Source of the DNA: an uncultured Clostridia bacterium
Lineage (GTDB): Bacteria; Bacillota; Clostridia; Christensenellales; UBA1242
Direction: 5' to 3'
Length of the DNA: 64,000 nucleotides
Assembly (NCBI GenBank): GCA_947628205.1
Contig: CANQYX010000001.1
Location: forward strand, 4,380-68,379
The notes below the pieces were generated by a model. That model had not been told where the DNA came from. It saw only the letters and a program-made list of their open reading frames with translations, and ran no database searches. This document shows, piece by piece, positions 27,726-35,963 of this stretch. Each line of letters opens with the position of its first letter. The stretch's first letter is position 1. The translations under genes and the position numbers were made by a program.

Positions 27726-29732
27726 ATGGAATTTGTTAAACCAAGGCCAAATTTCCCAAAGCGCGCAGTTGTAACTTCTGGCATGCCATATGGCAACAAA
27801 ACTTTACATTATGGCCATGTGGGGATGACGCTTCGCGCAGATATTTTTGCGCGTTTTTTGCGAGATAGAATTGGCGCGGAAAATGTTGTGTTCGTTTCTG
27901 GCACGGATTGCTATGGCTCAACCGCGGTGGAAAGTTTTAGGCAGTTAAAAGAAAAGGGAAATTGCCCGTTTAACAATTTGAGCGAATATGTTGCCTTCAA
28001 CCACGAAAAACAAAAGCAAATTTTTTTAGATTATCAAATTGGGTTTAATTTTTTTGGCGCGTCTGCACTTGGCAGGGCGGGGGAAATTCATAGAGAGGTC
28101 AGCCGCGATTTTGTAACCACACTTTTTAAAAATGGCATGGTTAAAAAGCACACATCTTATCAGTTTTACGACACAAAATTCAACTGCCTTTTAAACGGGC
28201 GTCAGGTGGTTGGCAAATGCCCAATAGAGGGCTGCACTAGCGAGCATGGCTATGCGGATGAGTGCAGTTTGGGGCATCAATATCTGCCACAAGATTTAAT
28301 TGATCCAGTAAGCACCCTTTCGGGCGAAAAACCAAAACTTGTTAAGGTGGAAAATTTGTATTTCAGTTTGGAGGATTGCATTCCAATTTTGTCCGATTGG
28401 ATAACTTCAATTGAAAAGGATGGAGATACTCCTCAGTTTATGGTTAAAGAAATCCGCGAGTTCTTTAAAAAGCCAGAAATTTACATTAAGCGCGAATATG
28501 CCACAAAATTATCCGAGTTAAAGCCACTTTTGCCACCTTACACCGACACAACTAAAAACGACAAAATGCCAAGCCTAACCATTGTTTTTGAAACACTGCC
28601 CGAACGCGAGCGCGCATGCGAAATTCTTGCCAAAAACGAAATTAAATATCGCACGGGCAAAACGCTAACTCCGTTTAGGCTTACGGGCGATATTGATTGG
28701 GGCGTTCCATGCCCTGAAATTGAGGGGGTTAAAAACCAAACCTTTTATGTTTGGCCTGAGAGTTTGTGGGCGCCAATATCATTCACAAAAACATATTTAG
28801 AATCAATTGGCAAGCCAGCAGACGAATGGAAAAAGTTTTGGTGCAGCAAAAACTCGCAAGTTTATCAGTTTATGGGCGAGGATAATTTATATTTCTACGG
28901 CCCAGCACAACAAGCAATGTTCTTGTATATGCAGGGCAAAAACCCACAATTAAACGCGCCCGAGGGCAAGTTGCAACTAACCAAAATTTGCCCAATAAAA
29001 TCCATCCTTTACATGAACAGCAAGGCAAGTTCTTCGGGTGCAGTAAAACCGCCTATGGCTAGCGAGTTTTTGCGCTATTACACACCCGAACAGTTCCGCA
29101 TTCACTTTATGGCAATGAATTTGGCAAACAACAATGTTGGCCTTAGCCCTAAGGCATTTAACCCAAACGCCAAGCCGGAGGATGCCGACCCTATGGTGTT
29201 AGAGGGAAACCTGTTAACAAATGTATATAACCGCATTTTACGCACAGTGTTCTATTCCACCCAAAACAATTTTGGCGGCGTTATTCCGCGTGCAGAAATT
29301 AGTGCAGAAACGTTGTCCGCCTGCAAAAAGGCAATTTTGGACGTTGAACGCTTTATGGCAGATAAAAAGTTCCACCAAGTGTATAACGCAATTGACGTGT
29401 TTATCCGCAACATTAACAAAACCTGGGCAAAAGAAGTCAATTTGGCAGATACGAGCGACAAACTTGCCACCCTCACTGCCAACACACTGCAAATGCTGTT
29501 TGTTGCCAACACACTTTTGCACCCGGTTGCGCCAGTAGGAACAGAAAATGTTGCTGACTATATTGGGCTGGACAAAACAAAATGCTTTAGTTGGGATAAC
29601 ATTTTTGGCAATTTCTATTCAGTTTTAAACAACTCAAACAACGGCAAATTAAAAACACTAAAAGAAAAAGAAGATTTCTTTAAAAAGACAGAATATCAAC
29701 TTCAAGAATTTTTAAAGTCAAAAGGGGAATAA
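27726..29732 (+). CDS. metG: methionine--tRNA ligase (divergent; no C-terminal tRNA-binding domain)
   Basis: HYGH (HIGH), Cys-rich knuckle GKCPIEGCTSEHGYADECSLGH, DWGVPCP, YVWPES, and a KMSKS-position loop reading SKASSSG. Confidence 0.75.
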   Translation: MEFVKPRPNFPKRAVVTSGMPYGNKTLHYGHVGMTLRADIFARFLRDRIGAENVVFVSGTDCYGSTAVESFRQLKEKGNCPFNNLSEYVAFNHEKQKQIFLDYQIGFNFFGASALGRAGEIHREVSRDFVTTLFKNGMVKKHTSYQFYDTKFNCLLNGRQVVGKCPIEGCTSEHGYADECSLGHQYLPQDLIDPVSTLSGEKPKLVKVENLYFSLEDCIPILSDWITSIEKDGDTPQFMVKEIREFFKKPEIYIKREYATKLSELKPLLPPYTDTTKNDKMPSLTIVFETLPERERACEILAKNEIKYRTGKTLTPFRLTGDIDWGVPCPEIEGVKNQTFYVWPESLWAPISFTKTYLESIGKPADEWKKFWCSKNSQVYQFMGEDNLYFYGPAQQAMFLYMQGKNPQLNAPEGKLQLTKICPIKSILYMNSKASSSGAVKPPMASEFLRYYTPEQFRIHFMAMNLANNNVGLSPKAFNPNAKPEDADPMVLEGNLLTNVYNRILRTVFYSTQNNFGGVIPRAEISAETLSACKKAILDVERFMADKKFHQVYNAIDVFIRNINKTWAKEVNLADTSDKLATLTANTLQMLFVANTLLHPVAPVGTENVADYIGLDKTKCFSWDNIFGNFYSVLNNSNNGKLKTLKEKEDFFKKTEYQLQEFLKSKGE

Positions 29733-29742
29733 TTCCCTTTTT

Positions 29743-29896
29743 AGATACACTCCACGCGTTCGCCTTGCTCACTTGGTCGGTATGACATGTGGGGTAAAAA
29801 GCGAATCGAGCATATCTTTCACAGATTCTTCGCGCTGCTCAGAATGACACAATAAATGTCAAACCTGATGTCATCCTGAACAAAGTGAAGGATCTC
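29743..29896. repeat. REP/MITE-like mosaic repeat cluster (family 1), three modules
   Basis: agatacactc...ggtatgac (29743-29786), agattcttcgcgctgctcagaatgac (29823-29848), gtcatcctgaacaaagtgaaggatctc (29870-29896). Confidence 0.85.
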
Positions 29897-29926
29897 AATA
29901 GTTTTTGCAATATCATTGCAACCTTA

Positions 29927-29960
29927 CAAAAAAAACAAGTGCATTTGCACTTGCTTTTTT
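29927..29960. terminator. bidirectional hairpin terminator between metG and the lipoprotein gene
   Basis: caagtgca-tt-tgcacttg, flanked by A8 and T6. Confidence 0.6.
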
Positions 29961-29974
29961 ATTACATTTTAGTT

Positions 29975-32743
29975 TTATTCAGCGTCGTTATCTTCAACTT
30001 TATACCATGTTCCGTCGCCTGAATGACCATCTGAAGTTGGAGCAGATTTTTTATTGTCACCTAGTTTAATGCCTTCGTCATTAGCATTAGTTGTTTTAGG
30101 GTCAAAATCTTTAAATTCGCCGCCATTAACTGTAATTGATGCATTAACGGCAGAATCATAAATGTTTAACAAATATTGCGCGCTGGTTGCACTGGTTTTA
30201 AATGAGCCACCATTAATTACAACCTTGCTTGCCTTTTCAACATAAACTAGTACAGAATCAGCGGTTTCAAATTTGCCGCCTTCAATAGTTAATTCAACAT
30301 CATTTTTGTGTAGCCAAAATATTCTAACAGTATTAGTTGTAACTTTGCCTGTGCCGTTTGAGGAATCTTTAACAGTGAAATGAACACCAGAAGCAATATT
30401 GAATAATCTTTTTGAAGATGTGGATGTATTAACCATTGCATTAGCGTTAAGTGTTTTTCCATTAAGGTCTAAGGTTAGGTCTTTATTAACAGAAAATGCA
30501 TAACTTTTGTTTGTTAAAGTAATTTCTGCACCTAATTTAATTGTTGCACCAACTTTAGCAACTCGAAGTGCTTCGCGCAAATTTGCTTCGTCAGAAACAG
30601 AAATTTCGTCTGCCAAATCAACCTCTTTCCAGTCAGTTTCAACCTCTTTAGTTGCATAACCTAATGGAACATAAGATGAAGCGTCATCTGTGTTAGGAGA
30701 TGCTGGATCAAATTTCCAGAATTTGCCGCCAGTTATTGTTATAGAAGTTTTGCCTTCATTGTATTTAGCATTGCTGCAGTTGATTGTAAACAATTTGCCA
30801 TCTGTGGTCATTTTGTTTTCAGTTTTAAATGTTCCGCCCAAAATTTCAATTTTGCCTTGTAAGCAATATACCGTTTCATGATTTAAATTTGCGCCCTCTG
30901 GTGCATTGTTAATGAAATTGCCACCTTTAACAATAAGAACTGCATCTTCTGCACCTGTTGCAAGCGGAATTTGATTTTTAGATGTTATAGAGCCGGTTGT
31001 GCCAACAACTGTTAATTTGCCGCCAGCAACAACTTTAAACAAATATGCTTTCTTGTCTGCGCTTGCTTGGCTATTGTCTGCACTAATTGAGTGAGTGTCC
31101 AAATCAAGAGTTAAAGTTGTGTTTACTTCAAGAACATCATTTTCTGTTGTGCTAATATCGCCGGTTAACTTAATAGTGTCGCCCGCATTTGCGGTTGCAA
31201 CTGCCTCTTTCAAAGCAGCATAATCTGCAACTTCAATTGTTTTAACAGGAACAACTTTAAACCAATCTTGTTCTTCGCCTGGTTCAACGGTTGTGGTGGT
31301 AATATCTAAGTAAGTTCCTTGCCTATCATCATTTTTTAAATTAGATGGGTCAAATTTATAGAAAGAGCCACCATTAACAACAATAAGGGAATTTACTCCA
31401 GCCTCTTTGTTAAAACAGTTCAAAGTGAAGTTTTTGCCGTCTTTGTTATAAGTAGTGTCGGTAGATTTAAAACTGCCGCCATTTATAATAGCCCTACCTC
31501 TTTGAACATAAAGAACTTCGCAATTGGCAGATTCAAAAGTGCCGCCATTTATCTCTAGGGCAATTCTTTGTTCGCCTATATCTCCTTGAAGAGCTCGTTC
31601 ATCTTTAATTCCAAATATTTTTTGATAACCAGAACTAATTGTTCCTTCGCCATTAATTGTTAATTTGCCAGGATTTGTTATAACAAAACCAAAACTATCT
31701 GGTTCATCGTTGTTTTTAGCAAATTTAATTGTGTGGCCGTTTAAATTGATTGTAACATTTTTTGTAATAGTAACTCTGTTTGTAAGTTCAAAGTCACAAG
31801 GAAGGGTTACAACGCCATCTGTTGCATCTTCAATCAATTTTGCAAATTCAGTATCTCCTTGAACAACACTTAAATTAAATTTTAAATTTGCTTGTTTAGC
31901 AGTTTCGCCATTAACATGCAAAACACTCATTTCTCTTGTTGTGCCATTAAGGGCTGGGTCAACAGAACCATCTTCTTTATAGTTGAAATAGAAACCAAAA
32001 CCATCTTCATCAACTTGAGTGAAACCGAAACGCGTTTCGTTGTTAACTTTGCTGCGTGTTAAGAAGTGCACCGCATCGGCTTTATCTTCCGCTTTCAATT
32101 TTGCAACAAAATAAGAGTTAGATTGTTTTAATGTAACATCATATTCATTTGTTTTGTCTGCCACAGGTGTAACTTTGTTGTGCGAACCAACTTGCGTTAC
32201 AACTTCTTGGAATTCCAAATTGCCAACAGTTAAAGCTGGAACATTGGTTAAATTGAAAGTTGTGCCGTTAACTTTAATTGTCATTGTTGGGCGCAACTCA
32301 AAAGCAAGCACAGGGGCTGCAATTTTAAGGCTGCCTAAAGAATAGGTAAAGGCCTTATCTTTAATAAAGTTGTTGTTGCCAACAGAAACACTAACTTGGG
32401 CTTGTGCATCGTAAGTTACACCGCCAAGTTCAATTGACTGAACATCGGTTACATTTTCAACCTTGCCCAGTTCAACATAATATTGGGCTTCTGTTAATGC
32501 TTCAACTTCGTCTTCCGTTCCATCAACAGTATAATTTTTTTGCCCAGTAAGTTTGTTATAAACATCGTTGTTTATAACATTAATTGCTTCAGCAACTTTG
32601 GTTTTAACGTTTTCTGAAACAACAAAATTTGGTTGCGCTGGTGGTGGTGGAGGTGGAGTTTTCTTTTCGCCGCATCCAACCAAAAGTGCGCCGCCGCAAG
32701 CCACAACCGATAAGCCAGTAACTAATGATAAAAATTTTTTCAT
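29975..32743 (-). CDS. large surface lipoprotein with three beta-helix-like repeat modules
   Basis: Lipobox ALLVGC after MKKFLSLVTGLSVVA, then a PPPPPP linker. There are three modules of about 200 aa, each ending (V/I)NGG.F..FDP. Confidence 0.85.
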   Translation of the reverse strand: MKKFLSLVTGLSVVACGGALLVGCGEKKTPPPPPPAQPNFVVSENVKTKVAEAINVINNDVYNKLTGQKNYTVDGTEDEVEALTEAQYYVELGKVENVTDVQSIELGGVTYDAQAQVSVSVGNNNFIKDKAFTYSLGSLKIAAPVLAFELRPTMTIKVNGTTFNLTNVPALTVGNLEFQEVVTQVGSHNKVTPVADKTNEYDVTLKQSNSYFVAKLKAEDKADAVHFLTRSKVNNETRFGFTQVDEDGFGFYFNYKEDGSVDPALNGTTREMSVLHVNGETAKQANLKFNLSVVQGDTEFAKLIEDATDGVVTLPCDFELTNRVTITKNVTINLNGHTIKFAKNNDEPDSFGFVITNPGKLTINGEGTISSGYQKIFGIKDERALQGDIGEQRIALEINGGTFESANCEVLYVQRGRAIINGGSFKSTDTTYNKDGKNFTLNCFNKEAGVNSLIVVNGGSFYKFDPSNLKNDDRQGTYLDITTTTVEPGEEQDWFKVVPVKTIEVADYAALKEAVATANAGDTIKLTGDISTTENDVLEVNTTLTLDLDTHSISADNSQASADKKAYLFKVVAGGKLTVVGTTGSITSKNQIPLATGAEDAVLIVKGGNFINNAPEGANLNHETVYCLQGKIEILGGTFKTENKMTTDGKLFTINCSNAKYNEGKTSITITGGKFWKFDPASPNTDDASSYVPLGYATKEVETDWKEVDLADEISVSDEANLREALRVAKVGATIKLGAEITLTNKSYAFSVNKDLTLDLNGKTLNANAMVNTSTSSKRLFNIASGVHFTVKDSSNGTGKVTTNTVRIFWLHKNDVELTIEGGKFETADSVLVYVEKASKVVINGGSFKTSATSAQYLLNIYDSAVNASITVNGGEFKDFDPKTTNANDEGIKLGDNKKSAPTSDGHSGDGTWYKVEDNDAE

Positions 32744-32849
32744 TTTTCCTCCTTCTCAAAAAAATTCTATCTTTGATAAGCAGGAAAACGCGCTTTTAAG
32801 GTTAAACTGATTGGCTGTTAGTGCCAAATTTATTACCTTAATATCGGCG

Positions 32850-32859
32850 CCCCCCCCCC
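32850..32859 (-). repeat. G10 homopolymer (C10 on the + strand) upstream of the lipoprotein gene
   Basis: Read directly: ggcgCCCCCCCCCCtatc. It lies 107-116 nt upstream of the ATG at 32743. Confidence 0.95.
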
Positions 32860-32873
32860 TATCTTTCAAGTAC

Positions 32874-32902
32874 ATTTTAATATTATTCTATGTTAAAGTC
32901 AA
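32874..32902 (-). promoter_or_regulatory. candidate promoter of the lipoprotein gene
   Basis: Minus strand: TTGACT (32902-32897), 17 nt, TAAAAT (32879-32874). Confidence 0.5.
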
Positions 32903-33341
32903 CTAAATTATTACGAATTTTTAAAATTTTTGTAAAATTTTCAAAAATTTTTGCACTTGTTTTTTAAGCCAAAAGAAAATTAAACTTAATGTTATAGTTA
33001 TAACGCTTATTTTAATATAGTTAGCGCGCTTATTTTAAATAGCATAATGCTTATCCTGCATTAACCTTATAATCAAAATTAGCAATTGGCATTATCACTA
33101 AATTTTGTATTAACGCCAGCAACAAATATTATAGAAAGCAATCAATTATCAACTATAAAATAAAAGACCTTCTTAAAAGGGGAAAGGAAGGTCTTTTTTC
33201 TTACCAAATTTGTTGGTAAGAATGCCAATATTTTAGCAACTTATTTGCTATATCAACAATTATTTAACAAATATTTTGCTATTTAAGGTTAAAATTTAAC
33301 AACTTTTTGGGTAGAGTTTGTCGAAATTCTATAATTTTTAT

Positions 33342-33668
33342 ATGGAAATAAAATTAAAAGAATATAGAACAAAATCTAAAATAACTCAAAAAGAAATTGC
33401 GCGTTTGTTGTGCATTCCGCAAACAACTTATTCATCTTACGAAACTGGCAAGGCCGAGCCGGACATTAAAACGCTAATTACGCTTGCTAAACTTTTCAAC
33501 ATTTCGGTTGACGAACTTTTAGGGCAACAAAAATTTAACACCTTAAACAAAAATTTTAGCGAAGTTGAGAGTGCGGATTTTGCAAAAAATCTATCCTTAT
33601 TAAATAGGGAAAATTTAATTAAGGTGGACACTTATGTTAAAACTTGTTTAGAATTTCAACATAAATAA
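33342..33668 (+). CDS. XRE-family HTH transcriptional regulator
   Basis: ITQKEIARLLCIPQTTYSSYETGKAEPDIKTLITLAKLFNISVDELL. Confidence 0.8.
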   Translation: MEIKLKEYRTKSKITQKEIARLLCIPQTTYSSYETGKAEPDIKTLITLAKLFNISVDELLGQQKFNTLNKNFSEVESADFAKNLSLLNRENLIKVDTYVKTCLEFQHK

Positions 33669-33757
33669 TTGCTAAATAAATTTGAAATTTGGTCGAAATA
33701 ATACAAACTTATTAAATTTAATTTTACTTTAAATGTTTTTTTGATATAATAAATTAT

Positions 33758-34483
33758 ATGGATTTTAGGGGTAAACGCATTTTTTTCAACATTGTTGGCG
33801 GAGTTTTAGCGGTGCTTATGGTTTGCTGTGGTTTTTTTTCGATTGTCAACATTGTTTTTGGCGTTTGTTATATAAAAACAGATATTTACGATATTTCCAT
33901 GTTTCCAACCCTTAATGCAACTGTCTCCAACAAAAATGAGCAGGGCGATAGGGTGTATATTAACAAATATGCCGATGTGCATTGTGGCGACATTGTGGTG
34001 GCTCATGTTGATTGGAACGAAAAACCCATTATTAAGCGTTTGGTTGCCGGCCCGAACGACACCTTTTATATAACGCAGGGCGAAGATAAGCATTTTAATT
34101 TGTATGTTAACGAGAATTTGTTTTACACCATGCCTGAATATATAACTTATCCGCGAGATGACAAAATTGTTACCGAAAGCGCAGCAAACCATTATTTTGC
34201 ATTTTTAAATTTATTAAACAGTTATGCGGAAACCAGCCCAGATAGGGTGGTTGAGCGAGCGGACGGGCAAAAAATGATAAAATTGTTTGCCAACGAATAT
34301 CTGCTTATAGGCGACAACTGGGCGGGCAGCGACGATGTGCTAACCGTTTTAGATAGCGGTTTATCCACAAATTATGTTAAGCGGCAGGACATTATTGGCA
34401 AGGCAGATATTGTTATTCATAAAGGGCAAAACATTTATATTTCGCTATTTAAAAACATGATGAAAATGATTTTTAGTTTTTAA
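33758..34483 (+). CDS. lepB: signal peptidase I (S26)
   Basis: N-terminal TM, SMFPTL, GDIVV, IKRLVAGPNDT, GDNWAGSDD. Confidence 0.8.
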   Translation: MDFRGKRIFFNIVGGVLAVLMVCCGFFSIVNIVFGVCYIKTDIYDISMFPTLNATVSNKNEQGDRVYINKYADVHCGDIVVAHVDWNEKPIIKRLVAGPNDTFYITQGEDKHFNLYVNENLFYTMPEYITYPRDDKIVTESAANHYFAFLNLLNSYAETSPDRVVERADGQKMIKLFANEYLLIGDNWAGSDDVLTVLDSGLSTNYVKRQDIIGKADIVIHKGQNIYISLFKNMMKMIFSF

Positions 34484-34582
34484 TTTCTTGTTGAAATGCA
34501 TACATAAAATTTTTAATATTACAAAAAATAGGTTTAGCAAATTGTTAAACCTTTTTTAACGCGTTTAACAAAAAGGAGAGTT

Positions 34583-35731
34583 ATGAAAAAGAAAGTTTGT
34601 TTAGCTTTATTAATTGCGTTGGCTGTTTGTTGCTTAGTTTTTCCACAAGCAAAAATTAATGCTTATGCCGCGTTTGATAGTGATGTAAATTACAAATCTG
34701 CCGTGCTAATCGAGCGCAGTTCGGGCAAAATTTTGGCGGACACAAACGCGCACGAAAGCTTGCCAATTGCCAGCGTTACAAAATTGATGACAATTCTAAT
34801 TACTCTAGAAAAAATTGACGCGGGCGAATTTGCGCTAGATGACACAGTAACAGTAAGTGCAAACGCAAGCGGAATGGGCGGCAGTCAAGTGTTTTTGGAT
34901 GCAAACGCGGGCTATAAACTTAGCGAACTTTTAAAATCGGTTATAATTGCCAGCGCAAACGATAGTTCGGTGGCAATTGCCGAACACATTTCGGGCAGCG
35001 AGCAGAATTTTGTGGCTTTGATGAATGAGCGCGCAAGCGAGTTGGGGCTTAACAACACACATTACGCAAATTGCACCGGACTACCCACGCCAGATGGCTT
35101 TTCGTCTGCCTACGACCAAGCAATCGTTTTAAATAAGGTGTTAAATTATCCCGTTTATCACGAATATTCACACATTTGGCTAGAAGATTTTGTTCATCCA
35201 TCGGGCAGAACCACACAAATGACTAACACCAATCGGCTTTCTCGCTTTTACGAGGGCTGCACGGGCGGAAAAACCGGCTCAACCAACCAAGCAAAATATT
35301 GTTTGGCGGTGGGCGCAAAACGCGCGGACATGGAATTAATTTCGGTTGTTTTGGGCGTAGAAAACAGCAAGGCACGCTTTAAACTTGCCAGCGATCTTTT
35401 AAATTATGGCTTTGATAACTTTAAATCAAAAACTCTGCTTTCTCAAAACGACATATCTAACAAAACCATAAAAATTAAAGGGTTAAACCGCCAAGCCAAA
35501 CTGAAATTAGAACGCGAATTTAAATTAATTTCAAAAGTTGACGAAACTCCAAATTACAGCCTCAATTTCAACCTTCCAAACATGCTAAATTCGGTTAAAG
35601 AAAACCAAATTGTTGGCAATGTGGAAGTGGTGGTTGATGGAGTTGTTGTGGACACCATAAACATCCTTTCTTGCGATAGTTTAAGCGAGGCAACACTTTG
35701 GGATTATATTAAAGACATTGCACAAAGTTAA
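34583..35731 (+). CDS. D-alanyl-D-alanine carboxypeptidase (low-MW PBP, S11)
   Basis: Signal peptide, ASVTKLMT (SxxK), SANDS (SxN), KTGST (KTG). Confidence 0.9.
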   Translation: MKKKVCLALLIALAVCCLVFPQAKINAYAAFDSDVNYKSAVLIERSSGKILADTNAHESLPIASVTKLMTILITLEKIDAGEFALDDTVTVSANASGMGGSQVFLDANAGYKLSELLKSVIIASANDSSVAIAEHISGSEQNFVALMNERASELGLNNTHYANCTGLPTPDGFSSAYDQAIVLNKVLNYPVYHEYSHIWLEDFVHPSGRTTQMTNTNRLSRFYEGCTGGKTGSTNQAKYCLAVGAKRADMELISVVLGVENSKARFKLASDLLNYGFDNFKSKTLLSQNDISNKTIKIKGLNRQAKLKLEREFKLISKVDETPNYSLNFNLPNMLNSVKENQIVGNVEVVVDGVVVDTINILSCDSLSEATLWDYIKDIAQS

Positions 35732-35751
35732 AAGGGCATTGCCCTTTTTTT
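35732..35751 (+). terminator. rho-independent terminator
   Basis: aagggca-tt-gccctt followed by T7. Confidence 0.65.
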
Positions 35752-35900
35752 ATTTGCATAACATATATATATTAATAGGTAAAAGGCCAAAATTAGCAGA
35801 AATTCGGTTTAAAAATTAATAATTTTAGCACAAAATTTTAAAATTTCCAAGCAAATTTAAAAAAAATTTGAAATTTAGCAAAAAAATTTTAAAAAGGGTA

Positions 35901-35929
35901 TTGACAATCTTCCCAATCGGTGGTATAAT
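35901..35929 (+). promoter_or_regulatory. consensus sigma-70 promoter
   Basis: TTGACA (35901-35906), 17 nt, TATAAT (35924-35929). Confidence 0.7.
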
Positions 35930-35963
35930 GTGCCTGTACTAAGGGTACAAAGGGGGTATTAAT

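Noticed and set aside
32636-32662. GGTGGTGGTGGAGGTGGA repeat as a slippage-prone simple-sequence repeat.
   Set aside because: It is the antisense of the poly-proline linker (PPPPPP) after the lipobox. The units are triplets, so slippage would keep the frame. It is not comparable to the G9/G10 homopolymers.
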